Of a stretch of 64,000 nucleotides of DNA, positions 21,437-30,700 are shown one piece after another. Positions within the stretch are counted from its first letter, which is position 1, and the number at the start of each line of letters is the position of its first letter. The translations under genes and the position numbers were made by a program. Under the pieces are notes generated by a model. The model was not told the origin of the DNA and made no database searches. It saw only the letters and a list, made by a program, of their open reading frames with translations. Source of the DNA: Caulobacteraceae bacterium (GTDB taxonomy: Bacteria; Pseudomonadota; Alphaproteobacteria; Caulobacterales; Caulobacteraceae); the NCBI GenBank assembly GCA_036491455.1, contig DASXBY010000042.1:4987-68986 (forward strand). The letters run 5' to 3'.

Positions 21437-22017
21437 CCTGGCCGCCGGAAATCGAACTCGTCGGCCCCCATGTGCGACTGACGCCATTGCGGCCGGATCA
21501 TGGACCCGCCCTGGTCGAGGCGGTCAGGGACGGTGAGCTCTGGAAACTCTGGTTCACCTTCGTGGCCGCGCCTGAAGAGATGGCGACCGACATCGAGCGG
21601 CGCTTGGCCCTTCCGATGTCGACCCAGTTTACCGTGATCGAACTCGCCACCGGCGCAGCTGTGGGCCTTACGGCCTACCTCAATACCGATTCCCAAGACC
21701 GGCGGCTCGAGATCGGTTCGACCTGGTACCGGCGGCGGGCGCAACGCACGGCCATCAACAGCGAGTGCAAGCGATTGCTGCTCGAGCACGCGTTCGAGGC
21801 GCTGGATTGCATCGCGGTCGAGTTCCGCACGCACTTTTTCAACCGCGACAGTCGACGGGCCATCGAAAGGCTTGGCGCCAAGCTAGATGGTGTCCTTCGC
21901 AGCCATATGCGGATGCGGGACGGCAGCCTCCGGGACACCTGCGTCTATTCGATTACCGCCGCCGAATGGCCGACCGTGCGCGCCAATCTTGACGCGAGGC
22001 TATCGCGATCAGGCTAG
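21433..22017 (+). CDS. GNAT family N-acetyltransferase (RimJ/RimL-like)
   Basis: LEIGSTW, LLLEHAFE, SRRAIERLGAKLDGVLR, RDTCVYSI. Confidence 0.9.
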   Translation: MTWPPEIELVGPHVRLTPLRPDHGPALVEAVRDGELWKLWFTFVAAPEEMATDIERRLALPMSTQFTVIELATGAAVGLTAYLNTDSQDRRLEIGSTWYRRRAQRTAINSECKRLLLEHAFEALDCIAVEFRTHFFNRDSRRAIERLGAKLDGVLRSHMRMRDGSLRDTCVYSITAAEWPTVRANLDARLSRSG

Positions 22018-22589
22018 GACTTTTCCCACGCCTCGCTCAGCAAGGCCGCAAGTCGGGCATCGGCCGCCGCCGGCGTCTCGATCCTGAAGCGGGATTTAAG
22101 CCGCTCGGACCAGGATTCGTTCTTAGACGGCTCCAGCGCCGGATCGATCTCTGGCTGAACGGCGAGGCCCAGCATGACCCCGCCACTCTTGATGGGTCGG
22201 GCGGCGGCGAACTGAAACGTCCGTGACCAAGCTGTATAACTCTTGCGTGCGGTGCGCACCGCGTCCGGCGCCTTCATCGCCAGGACGTCAATTGCCTCGT
22301 AGACGGCGCGGGCGACCGGATCAGACCAGACGTCGTCGATCTGGGTGGCAGCTTCTCTCCACGGCATGCTCGCGCCGAACGCCTCGTCGATGACCAAGCT
22401 GGCGCGATTCTGCAGCAGGCCATGGGTCTCCTTGAACCATTTCAACCGGGCGCGGTGCTTGGTCTCGGGGCAGGTTCTGGCGATTTCAATCCATTCGGCC
22501 AGGGTTTTGCCGGTGGCGGCTTCCAGGCTCGCCCGCATGGACTCGAAATACTTCGCCTGACGGTCGGTGACGTTGGAGTGCATCGCCAT
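22014..22589 (-). CDS. DUF4287/DUF5655-like conserved protein
   Basis: LEAATGKTLAEW...KWFKETHGL N-terminal domain; C-terminal RTFQFAAARP. Confidence 0.7.
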   Translation of the reverse strand: MAMHSNVTDRQAKYFESMRASLEAATGKTLAEWIEIARTCPETKHRARLKWFKETHGLLQNRASLVIDEAFGASMPWREAATQIDDVWSDPVARAVYEAIDVLAMKAPDAVRTARKSYTAWSRTFQFAAARPIKSGGVMLGLAVQPEIDPALEPSKNESWSERLKSRFRIETPAAADARLAALLSEAWEKS

Positions 22590-22649
22590 GGCCGCAGCCT
22601 TCTCAGCTTGCTACGGGTTGGAAAGATACCAGTTCCGGAGCCGTGAGCC

Positions 22650-23087
22650 ATGAGCCTCGAAGGCGCCTACGACCCCGACAACATCTTCGCCAAAGTCGCC
22701 CGCGGCGAAGCTCCCTGCGCCAAGGTGTTCGAGGACGCCGACACGATCGCATTCATGGACCTCTTCCCTCAAGGTCGTGGCCACACCTTGGTGATCCACA
22801 AACGCGCCCAAGCCCGGAATCTGCTCGACGCCGAGATGGCTGACATCATTCCGATCATGGCTACAGCCCAGCGGGTCGGTCGGGCGATCGTCAAGGCGCT
22901 GAAGCCGGACGGGCTGACGGTCATGCAGCTCAATGGCGAGGCGTCTGGCCAGACCATCTTCCACCTGCATTTCCATCTGATCCCGCGTTGGCGGGCAACG
23001 CCGCTGGGCCGCCATGCACAAGGCATGGCCGACTCCAATGAGTTGGCGAGGCTCGCCCAGGACATAGCGCGCGCGATTGAACCTTAA
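22650..23087 (+). CDS. HIT family nucleotide hydrolase
   Basis: YDPDNIFAK, GHTLV, GQTIFHLHFHLIPR histidine triad. Confidence 0.95.
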   Translation: MSLEGAYDPDNIFAKVARGEAPCAKVFEDADTIAFMDLFPQGRGHTLVIHKRAQARNLLDAEMADIIPIMATAQRVGRAIVKALKPDGLTVMQLNGEASGQTIFHLHFHLIPRWRATPLGRHAQGMADSNELARLAQDIARAIEP

Positions 23088-23093
23088 GTCGGG

Positions 23094-25421
23094 TCAGACG
23101 AGAGCGGGCGCCTCGATCTCCGGGCCTTCATTGGTTTCCGCCGGCGGACGCGCCGGCGGGGCGGCCTTCTCGTCGAATTCGAAGGTCAGCTTGCCGTCCT
23201 TAAGGTCCACCTTGACGTGACCGCCCTTGGCCAGGCGCCCGAACAGGATATCGTCGGCCAGAGGCCGCTTGATCTGCTCCTGGATCACTCGGCCGAGCGG
23301 GCGAGCGCCGTAGAGCTCGTCGAATCCATTCTTAGCCAGCCAGTCGATGGCGGCGTCGCTGCTCTCAATGGTCACATGTCGGTCGGCAAGCTGAGCCTCG
23401 AGCTGCAGAATGAATTTCTGCACCACCATGCGAATGACCTCGGGGGTCAGCGCCTTGAAGGCCACGACCGCATCCAGCCGATTGCGGAATTCGGGCGTGA
23501 AAAGTTTCTTAATCGCCTCCTCGTCCTGACCTTCGAGCTTGCCCCGGCCGAACCCGATGGAGTTTCGCTGGGAGTCAGCCGCCCCAGCGTTGGTGGTCAT
23601 GATCAGGACCACATTGCGGAAATCGATTTTCTTGCCGTTGGCATCAGTAAGCGCACCGTGGTCCATCACCTGCAAGAGGATGTTGAACACATCCGGATGC
23701 GCTTTCTCGATCTCGTCCAGGAGGACGACCGCGTGCGGGTGCTGGTCGACGGCATCGGTCAGAAGGCCGCCTTGATCGAAGCCAACATATCCCGGTGGCG
23801 CGCCAATCAGCCGACTGACCGTGTGCCGCTCCATGTATTCGCTCATATCAAAGCGCAGCAATTCGATGCCGAGAGTCAGGGCGAGCTGGCGAGCCGTTTC
23901 GGTTTTGCCGGTACCGGTCGGGCCGGAGAACAGGTAGGACCCGATAGGCTTGTCGGCGTCGCGAAGTCCCGCCCGGGCCATCTTCATCGAACTCGACAGT
24001 TGCTCGATCGCTTCTGCCTGGCCGAAGACGGCGCTCGCGAGATCAGCTTCCAGGCGACGCAGGGACTCGGTGTCGGATTTGGAGACCGACTTTGGCGGTA
24101 TGCGGGCAATTTTGGCCACCACGGTTTCGACTTCCTTGATGCCGATGACGCGCTTGCGGCGCGCCTCAGGCAGCAGCATCTGGGAGGCGCCGGCCTCGTC
24201 AATCACGTCGATAGCCTTATCCGGCAGCTTGCGGTCGGTGATGTATTTGGCGGACAGCTCCACCGCCGCGCGGATCGCCTCGGAGGTGTATTTCAACTTG
24301 TGGAAGTCCTCGTAGTAGGACTTCAGGCCCTTGAGGATCTTGACCGTGTCTTCGATCGAAGGCTCGTTGATGTCGATCTTCTGGAACCGGCGAACGAGCG
24401 CGCGATCCTTCTCGAAGTGCTGGCGAAACTCCTTGTAGGTCGTCGAGCCCATGCACTTGAGATTGCCGGAGGCCAGCGCAGGCTTGAGCAGGTTCGAGGC
24501 GTCCATGGCGCCGCCGCTGGTGGCGCCGGCGCCGATCACCGTGTGAATCTCGTCGATAAAAAGGATAGCGCCAGCGTGGTGCTCAAGCTCCTTGATCACT
24601 TGCTTGACGCGCTCTTCGAAGTCGCCGCGATAGCGCGTGCCCGCCAGAAGGGAGCCCATATCGAGGCTGAAGATCGTCGAGTTCGCCAGAACCTCGGGCA
24701 CCTGCTGGCTGACGATCTTGCGGGCTAGCCCTTCGGCGATGGCCGTCTTTCCAACGCCGGGGTCGCCGACCAGAAGCGGGTTGTTCTTGTTCCGGCGGCA
24801 CAGGATCTGGATGCAGCGCTCGACCTCATTGGCCCGGCCGATCAGCGGGTCCACCTTTCCCTGGCGGGCCTTCTCGTTGAGGTTGATGCAATAGGCCTCG
24901 AGCGCTTCGCCGCCAGTCTTGACCTGAGCCTTCTCCTCCTCCTCGCCAGCGCCCTTAGCCGGTCGGGGTTCAGAGGCGCCCGCCTTTTTGGCGATGCCAT
25001 GAGCAATGAAGTTGACGGCGTCGTAACGGGTCATTTCCTGCTGTTGCAGGAAGTAGGCCGCATGACTTTCGCGTTCGGAAAACACAGCCACCAGCACGTT
25101 GGCGCCAGTCACATCCTCGCGCCCGGATGACTGCACGTGGATCACGGCGCGCTGGATGACCCGCTGGAAGCCCGCGGTCGGCTTGGCGTCTTCGCCGTCG
25201 TCAACCACGAGCGACTTCAGCTCATTGTCCACGTACTGCGTGAGGTTCTTGCGCAAAAGTTCGAGGTCGACTTCGCAGGCGCGCATGACCGAAGCCGCCT
25301 CCGCATCGTCGATAAGCGACAGCAGAAGATGCTCGAGCGTCGCGTACTCATGCTTGCGCTGTGTGGCGTAGGCCACCGCGCGATGGAGCGACTCTTCAAG
25401 ATTGCGCGACAAAGACGGCAA
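23094..25421 (-). CDS. clpA: ATP-dependent Clp protease ATP-binding subunit ClpA
   Basis: HEYATLEHLL, GDPGVGKT, GTRYRGDFEER, GPTGTGKT, GAPPGYVGF; TTG start at 25421; downstream of clpS. Confidence 0.97.
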   Translation of the reverse strand: MPSLSRNLEESLHRAVAYATQRKHEYATLEHLLLSLIDDAEAASVMRACEVDLELLRKNLTQYVDNELKSLVVDDGEDAKPTAGFQRVIQRAVIHVQSSGREDVTGANVLVAVFSERESHAAYFLQQQEMTRYDAVNFIAHGIAKKAGASEPRPAKGAGEEEEKAQVKTGGEALEAYCINLNEKARQGKVDPLIGRANEVERCIQILCRRNKNNPLLVGDPGVGKTAIAEGLARKIVSQQVPEVLANSTIFSLDMGSLLAGTRYRGDFEERVKQVIKELEHHAGAILFIDEIHTVIGAGATSGGAMDASNLLKPALASGNLKCMGSTTYKEFRQHFEKDRALVRRFQKIDINEPSIEDTVKILKGLKSYYEDFHKLKYTSEAIRAAVELSAKYITDRKLPDKAIDVIDEAGASQMLLPEARRKRVIGIKEVETVVAKIARIPPKSVSKSDTESLRRLEADLASAVFGQAEAIEQLSSSMKMARAGLRDADKPIGSYLFSGPTGTGKTETARQLALTLGIELLRFDMSEYMERHTVSRLIGAPPGYVGFDQGGLLTDAVDQHPHAVVLLDEIEKAHPDVFNILLQVMDHGALTDANGKKIDFRNVVLIMTTNAGAADSQRNSIGFGRGKLEGQDEEAIKKLFTPEFRNRLDAVVAFKALTPEVIRMVVQKFILQLEAQLADRHVTIESSDAAIDWLAKNGFDELYGARPLGRVIQEQIKRPLADDILFGRLAKGGHVKVDLKDGKLTFEFDEKAAPPARPPAETNEGPEIEAPALV

Positions 25422-25431
25422 GTTCGACCTC

Positions 25432-25761
25432 TCAGTCCTTTTCCATAGTGCATTGAAGTGGGTGTTGGTGCCGTCGGGCCGCTTCCAAAACCTGGGCGAC
25501 CTTGGTTTCGGCGACTTCGTAGGTGAACACACCGCATACGCCGACGCCGTTTTGGTGCACATGCAACATGATCCGAACGGCGGTCTCGCGCGTTTTATTG
25601 AAATATCGCTCTAGTACGTAGGTAACGAATTCCATTGGCGTGTAGTCATCGTTGAGAATCAACACGCGATACATCGATGGCTTTTGAGTCTTGGTTTTGG
25701 TGCGCGTGACGACGGCGGTGCCGGTCCCGATCACCTCACCATTTTGCTGTTTATCAGCCAC
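25432..25761 (-). CDS. clpS: Clp protease adaptor ClpS
   Basis: [35 protein letters not shown]; GTG start after GGAGAG. Confidence 0.97.
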   Translation of the reverse strand: MADKQQNGEVIGTGTAVVTRTKTKTQKPSMYRVLILNDDYTPMEFVTYVLERYFNKTRETAVRIMLHVHQNGVGVCGVFTYEVAETKVAQVLEAARRHQHPLQCTMEKD

Positions 25762-25839
25762 CTCAACTCTCCAGCGCGAACCCGACAAGGGCCCGAACGC
25801 CTCTTACATATGGGATGTTCGCCTCAATGAAAGACCGGT

Positions 25840-27132
25840 TCAAGTCCCCCGCGGAGTCTTCGAAACCGGACGTCCCGTTCGACCCCGGAGCTGTCGCGCG
25901 CTGATCAAGGCTTGGGCGCCGAACCGCTCGCGAAGGCTATCGGCCATGCTTTCGCTCCGACGGGCGCGAGCCTCCGCGTCCGGAAAGAAGTCGTTCTCGA
26001 TGTCGAGGGCTTCGTGAAGGTTGGAAAGTCCAACACCTATAAGCCGGTAGGCCTGTCCCTTGGCTTCAGGCTTCAGAAGCTGGCGCGCCTCCTGGAAGAG
26101 TGTGTGCGCGGTCTGGGTCGGTGGGTCGAGCGCCCGACGACGCGTGAAAATGCGGAAATCCGTCCGCTTGAGCTTCAGGGTGACCACCGCGCCGGTCAGG
26201 TCGCTCGCCCGGGCTTGTCGCGCCACTTTGTCGCACAGCGGCCACAGTCGGTCCTCGAGATCGGCCAGCCGCGTCAGGTCGGTTGAGAACGTGGTCTCGG
26301 AGCTGATGCTCTTCCGTTCTTCGCCCGGATCGACACGGCGACTGTCTTCGCCCCGCGCCAGATTGGCCAGCCGGCCTCCATGCACCCCGAATCGGCGGAA
26401 CAGATCGTTGGCCTCGCACGATGCCAGGTCGCCGACCGTCCGAAAGCCGGCTGCTTCCAGTGAGCGCGCGAAAACCTGGCCCACGCCCGGAAGGATCGAG
26501 ACCGGCCTGGGGGCAAGGAAGCTGGCGGCTTCCGCCGCGCCGATCACCGCAAAGCCACGGGGCTTGTCGAGATCCGAGGCGATTTTGGCGAGGAAGCGGT
26601 TGGGCGCCAGTCCGACCGAGACGGTCACTCCGATCTCTCGTTCAATTTCCAACTGCAGCCGGGCCAGGGCGACAGCATGCGGCTCGCCGTGCAGGCGCTC
26701 CGTGCCGGCCAGATCCAGCCAAGCTTCGTCCAGGGACAAGGACTGCACCAGCGGTGAAAGGGCGCGAACCTTGTCGAAGATCTGACGGCTTACGGCGCGA
26801 TATTTCCGGAAATCGGGAGAAATGATCACCGCTTCCGGGCACAATTTCCGGGCCTGGAACATCGGCATCGCCGAATGCACGCCCGACAGCCTGGCGATGT
26901 AGCAGGCGGTGGTCACCACGCCACGCACCTGTCCGCCGACGATCAAGGGCCGATCGCGCAACTCGGGCCGGTCGCGCTTTTCGACCGACGCATAGAAGGC
27001 GTCGCAGTCCAGGTGGGCGATCGAAAGCTGATCTAGCTCGACGTGGCCGATGGTTCGCGGCGACCCACACTGCTCGCACCGAGCCCGCCGCCTGCCGAAG
27101 GCGGCCAAGCAGTCTCGGCATACGGCCATCAT
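25840..27132 (-). CDS. dinB: DNA polymerase IV (Y family) with N-terminal CxxC..CxxC
   Basis: HLDCDAFYASVE, SAMP, SLDEAWLD, AKIASDLDKPRG. Confidence 0.96.
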   Translation of the reverse strand: MMAVCRDCLAAFGRRRARCEQCGSPRTIGHVELDQLSIAHLDCDAFYASVEKRDRPELRDRPLIVGGQVRGVVTTACYIARLSGVHSAMPMFQARKLCPEAVIISPDFRKYRAVSRQIFDKVRALSPLVQSLSLDEAWLDLAGTERLHGEPHAVALARLQLEIEREIGVTVSVGLAPNRFLAKIASDLDKPRGFAVIGAAEAASFLAPRPVSILPGVGQVFARSLEAAGFRTVGDLASCEANDLFRRFGVHGGRLANLARGEDSRRVDPGEERKSISSETTFSTDLTRLADLEDRLWPLCDKVARQARASDLTGAVVTLKLKRTDFRIFTRRRALDPPTQTAHTLFQEARQLLKPEAKGQAYRLIGVGLSNLHEALDIENDFFPDAEARARRSESMADSLRERFGAQALISARQLRGRTGRPVSKTPRGT

Positions 27133-27791
27133 CGGGGGGGCAATCCAAGGGCCTTGGCGATGGCGTCCGCCATCGCCGGCCAGTCGTCTATCCGCAGGTG
27201 TAGTGACGGATCGCAGGGCGCATGCGGCCTTAGCCGTTCGTCAGCCACCAACTGGAAACGCCGGACGGCCGGCGCCGATACGGCGACGGATTCGAGATTC
27301 ATCAAGAGGTCGTCGACAAAGCCCACTGGAGATCGGGTGCGCGCGGCCAGCGCGGCCACCACAGGCCCCTTGGGGCCCGAGTTGATGATCATGGGATAGT
27401 TGAAGCCGTGTCGCGCCAGCCATCGTGATCGGGGTTCGCGCCCGTGCCCCGGTGCGTTGGTCAGAATCACCACGCTGGCGTCTGCAGCCAGGCGCCGCAG
27501 TGCCTCGCTGGCGCCGGGGACGGGCTCAATGTCCGCCACCGCCTCCTCGAAGAAGCTATTGAAAAACTCCCGACCGAGATCGAGGTCCAGTACCGTTCCG
27601 TCGCTCAGGCGGTAGATATTCTGAAACAGCGCGAATTTGGTGATGCGCATTTCATAGCCATGTGGGCCGAGGAACTGTTCAAATCCTCGCATGAACATCG
27701 CCAGCACCTCGTCCACATCCACGATGAGGAGGGGGCGCCATGGATCGACCGGCGCGTCGGCGATTTCAGAAGGGAGCAGGGGATCAGCCAG
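27129..27791 (-). CDS. HAD-superfamily-like conserved hypothetical protein
   Basis: LIVDVDEVL (DxD), VILTN, GPKG, FVDDL HAD motifs; start uncertain (CTG at 27791 proposed). Confidence 0.75.
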   Translation of the reverse strand: MADPLLPSEIADAPVDPWRPLLIVDVDEVLAMFMRGFEQFLGPHGYEMRITKFALFQNIYRLSDGTVLDLDLGREFFNSFFEEAVADIEPVPGASEALRRLAADASVVILTNAPGHGREPRSRWLARHGFNYPMIINSGPKGPVVAALAARTRSPVGFVDDLLMNLESVAVSAPAVRRFQLVADERLRPHAPCDPSLHLRIDDWPAMADAIAKALGLPPR

Positions 27792-27808
27792 GGGGAGCCT
27801 TTGACGAG

Positions 27809-27823
27809 CTAACGTCAGTTTAA
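27809..27823. promoter_or_regulatory. CtrA-binding box upstream of divK
   Basis: CTAA-CGTCAGT-TTAA, i.e. TTAA-N7-TTAG on the minus strand, one mismatch from TTAA-N7-TTAA; divK is a known CtrA target. Confidence 0.65.
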
Positions 27824-27907
27824 GGATATGTGGGCGACACGGAACGATACACCCGCGGCTCGCGAGTCGCCTCGCGGCCAAATTCGCCCGTTGGGACCGC
27901 TTGCGGC

Positions 27908-28303
27908 ATGACAAAAACCATCCTCATCATTGAGGACAACGATCTCAACATGAAGCTATTCGCCGACCTGCTCGAGGGCGCGGGCTATCGCGTCCTGCAG
28001 AGCGGCGAAGGCGTCGCCGGCTTCCAGATCGCCCGACAGGAGCGGCCGGATCTAATCGTCATGGACATTCAGCTGCCGGCGATCTCCGGTCTCGAGGTCA
28101 CTCGCTGGATCAAGGAAGATCCGGAGCTCGCCCATATCCCGGTTGTCGCGGTGACCGCCTACGCCATGAAGGGCGATGAGTCCCGAATGCTGGAAGGCGG
28201 GTGCGAGGCCTATATGGCAAAACCGATTTCGGTGGCCGTGTTCCTGGAGACGATCGGGCGCCTTCTGGCGTCCAACCGACGCGCCGGAAGCGGCGCTATT
28301 TGA
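27908..28303 (+). CDS. divK: Single-domain cell-cycle response regulator DivK
   Basis: [50 protein letters not shown]; dinB-divK-rpmG context. Confidence 0.92.
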   Translation: MTKTILIIEDNDLNMKLFADLLEGAGYRVLQSGEGVAGFQIARQERPDLIVMDIQLPAISGLEVTRWIKEDPELAHIPVVAVTAYAMKGDESRMLEGGCEAYMAKPISVAVFLETIGRLLASNRRAGSGAI

Positions 28304-28463
28304 TCTTGCCTTCGCGGAATTCCACGTGCTTGCGCACGACCGGATCGTACTTTTTGACGACCATCTTCTCGGTCATTGTGCGGGCGTTCTTCTTGGTGAC
28401 GTAGAAGAAGCCGGTATCCGCTGTGGAATTAAGGCGGATCTTGATGGAAGCCGGTTTGGCCAT
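28296..28463 (-). CDS. rpmG: 50S ribosomal protein L33 (absent from the ORF track, 55 aa)
   Basis: Manual translation [55 protein letters not shown]. Confidence 0.97.
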   Translation of the reverse strand: MAKPASIKIRLNSTADTGFFYVTKKNARTMTEKMVVKKYDPVVRKHVEFREGKIK

Positions 28464-28562
28464 GACGGATCAGATTCCAGACGGCCTCGCGGCCAGGGCG
28501 TTTTTGAGAGGCGCGGACATTACGAATCCGCGGCCGGAAGTCAACGCTGCGCCGGTTGGAGC

Positions 28563-29273
28563 CTAGAGGCGCGCCAGCTCCTGCCGCCCGCGTGTGAAGC
28601 GGAGCGATGGCGTCGGTCGCGACGGATCGGCGAGGCGGGCGGGGAGTTCCCGCAGGACAAACCGAGTGACACTGGGCAGGTCGAGGGCGAGCGCTTCTTC
28701 GAGTTCCAGCCACGCGATCTGATCGAGCTCGCCGCAATCGGCTTCCCGCTCGAGGCTCAGGAGGGCGGAAGCGTCGGCGAGGAAAAAGCGGGCGTCGAAA
28801 CGTTTGGGTGACATCGGCGGTGTAATCGCCCGGGCCACGAAATCCAAGGCGGCCAGGTCGGGCAGGGCGCCGCGCTCGGCGAACGCACGCCACGGACCGG
28901 TCGTTGGCCTCGATGGCGCAGGCTTGGCCAGAAACAGGCCGGCTTCCTCGAAGGTTTCGCGCACCGCGGCGAGAGCAAGCGCGCGCGCCAAGCGCGCCGC
29001 GCCCGTCTTCTCCAGGCGGCTGGCGACGTCGGGCCGAAGTTCGGTCGCACAAGGCGCAACGTAGTCACTACGGTCCACCCGACCGCCCGGAAACACCCAC
29101 TTGTCGGGCATGAAGTCGTGGCCCCCGTGCCGGCGCCCCATCAGGACGCGAAGGGTGCTCTCCTCATGTTTGACGATGATCAACGTCGCCGCGTGCCGCG
29201 GGCGTACCGCCCTTCCGGATCGGGTGGCGCCGGCGATCGCCGGTGCGATATCTTCAAACGCTTGTTCGGTCAT
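28563..29273 (-). CDS. NUDIX hydrolase
   Basis: AATLII, VFPGGRVD, AAVRETFEEAG, RFDARFF. Confidence 0.9.
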   Translation of the reverse strand: MTEQAFEDIAPAIAGATRSGRAVRPRHAATLIIVKHEESTLRVLMGRRHGGHDFMPDKWVFPGGRVDRSDYVAPCATELRPDVASRLEKTGAARLARALALAAVRETFEEAGLFLAKPAPSRPTTGPWRAFAERGALPDLAALDFVARAITPPMSPKRFDARFFLADASALLSLEREADCGELDQIAWLELEEALALDLPSVTRFVLRELPARLADPSRPTPSLRFTRGRQELARL

Positions 29274-29363
29274 GGATCGACCTTACGGCCACCCCGGGTT
29301 TCTGCGAAGGGCGCCTTGATGTGCGGCGGTTGACTTAGTTCCTGGATGGCTTACTGGCCCCAT

Positions 29364-29382
29364 AATGCGACGCATTCGCAAC
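29364..29382. promoter_or_regulatory. Fur/Mur-type inverted repeat upstream of the NRAMP-like transporter
   Basis: AATGCGACGCATTCGCAAC (TGCGA-N5-TCGCA palindrome) overlapping CATAAT; TTGACT at 29330-29335. Confidence 0.65.
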
Positions 29383-29416
29383 ACCCCGGGGATGCAGAAC
29401 GCCGCCCGCGGGACTG

Positions 29417-30700
29417 ATGAAGCATAAACGTTTCCAAGCTCACCCGGACGGCCAACACGCCCCCGGCGCATGGATGCGCGGCGGACGCATCGCGCGGTTC
29501 CTGGCAGTGCTGGGTCCAGGTGTGGTCGTCATGCTTGCCGATACGGATGTCGGCAGCATCATCACTGCGGGACAAAGCGGCGTGCAGTGGGGCTATCGTC
29601 TGCTTTTGCTCCAGGCGGTGCTCATCCCGATCCTGTACATGGTGCAGGAGCTGACCGTGCGGCTGGGCGTATTCACCGGCCGCGGGCATGGCGAGCTCAT
29701 CAAGCAGACCTTCGGCAGTTTCTGGGCCTGGGTTTCGGTCGCCGGTCTGGCGGTGGCGACAACGGGCGCATTGCTCACCGAGCTCTCAGGCATGGCCGGC
29801 GTGGGTGAGCTTTATGGCGTTCCCCGGTGGGAAACCCTGGCCCTGGCGGTCGCCGCCCTTCTGCTTATCGTGATCACCGGATCCTACCGCCGGGTCGAGC
29901 GCGTAGCGATCCTGATCGGCTTGTTCGAATTCGCCTTTTTCAGCGTGGCCTGGTTCGCCCACCCAGACGCAGCAGCTGTCGCCAGGCAGGCGGTAGAGAT
30001 CCCGCTCGGTGACCGGCGATATCTTTATCTGGTGGCGGCCAACATCGGCGCGGTGATCATGCCCTGGATGATCTTCTACCAGCAGTCGGCGGTGGCCGAT
30101 AAAGGCCTGACCGCTGAACACCTCGGCGCAGCCCGCTTGGACACCGCCGTCGGCGCAGTGCTCACTCAGCTGGTCATGGCCGCAGTGCTGATGTCCGCGG
30201 CGGCGACCATCGGCTTGCACAGTCGGACCGCAAGTCTGAACACGGTGGGCGATCTCAGCGCCGCGCTGACCCCCTTCTTAGGCCCTACAGTCGGGCGGCT
30301 GGTTTTCGGCCTTGGCATCGTCGGCGCCGGCATGGTGGCCGCGATTGTCGCCTCTCTGGCGCTGGCCTGGGGCATGGGCGAGGTCACGGGTTACAAACAT
30401 TCTCTAGAGCACCACCCGCTCGAGGCGCGCTGGTTCTATGCAATCTATGCGGTGGCCGTAGTGGGCGCCGCCCTCGTCATTGGCCTGGCGCCTGATCTCG
30501 TTTCCCTTAACGTCGAAGTCCAGGTGATGAACGCCTTTCTCCTGCCGCTGGTGCTCGGCTTCCTCATTGCCCTTGCGGTCAAGGCCCTGCCCGAGGAGCG
30601 ACGCCTGAAAGGCTGGTATCTCTGGGTGGTGATTGCCGTTTCGGCGCTCACCTGCATGCTCGGCGTCTTCGGTGGATTCAACGGCGCCGGGCTGGTCTAG
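29417..30700 (+). CDS. NRAMP-family divalent metal transporter (non-canonical clade)
   Basis: Multiple TM helices; LGPGVVVMLADTDVGS, QELTVRLG, GAVIMPWMIFYQQS. Confidence 0.88.
   Translation: MKHKRFQAHPDGQHAPGAWMRGGRIARFLAVLGPGVVVMLADTDVGSIITAGQSGVQWGYRLLLLQAVLIPILYMVQELTVRLGVFTGRGHGELIKQTFGSFWAWVSVAGLAVATTGALLTELSGMAGVGELYGVPRWETLALAVAALLLIVITGSYRRVERVAILIGLFEFAFFSVAWFAHPDAAAVARQAVEIPLGDRRYLYLVAANIGAVIMPWMIFYQQSAVADKGLTAEHLGAARLDTAVGAVLTQLVMAAVLMSAAATIGLHSRTASLNTVGDLSAALTPFLGPTVGRLVFGLGIVGAGMVAAIVASLALAWGMGEVTGYKHSLEHHPLEARWFYAIYAVAVVGAALVIGLAPDLVSLNVEVQVMNAFLLPLVLGFLIALAVKALPEERRLKGWYLWVVIAVSALTCMLGVFGGFNGAGLV

Noticed and set aside
23217-24728. Long antisense ORFs (e.g. 503 aa opposite clpA, 416 aa opposite gatA, 379 aa opposite rnr)
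   Set aside because: These are shadow frames typical of high-GC codon bias and contain no recognisable motifs.
28201-28811. Plus-strand ORFs over 28176-28811
   Set aside because: They are antisense shadows of rpmG and the NUDIX gene.
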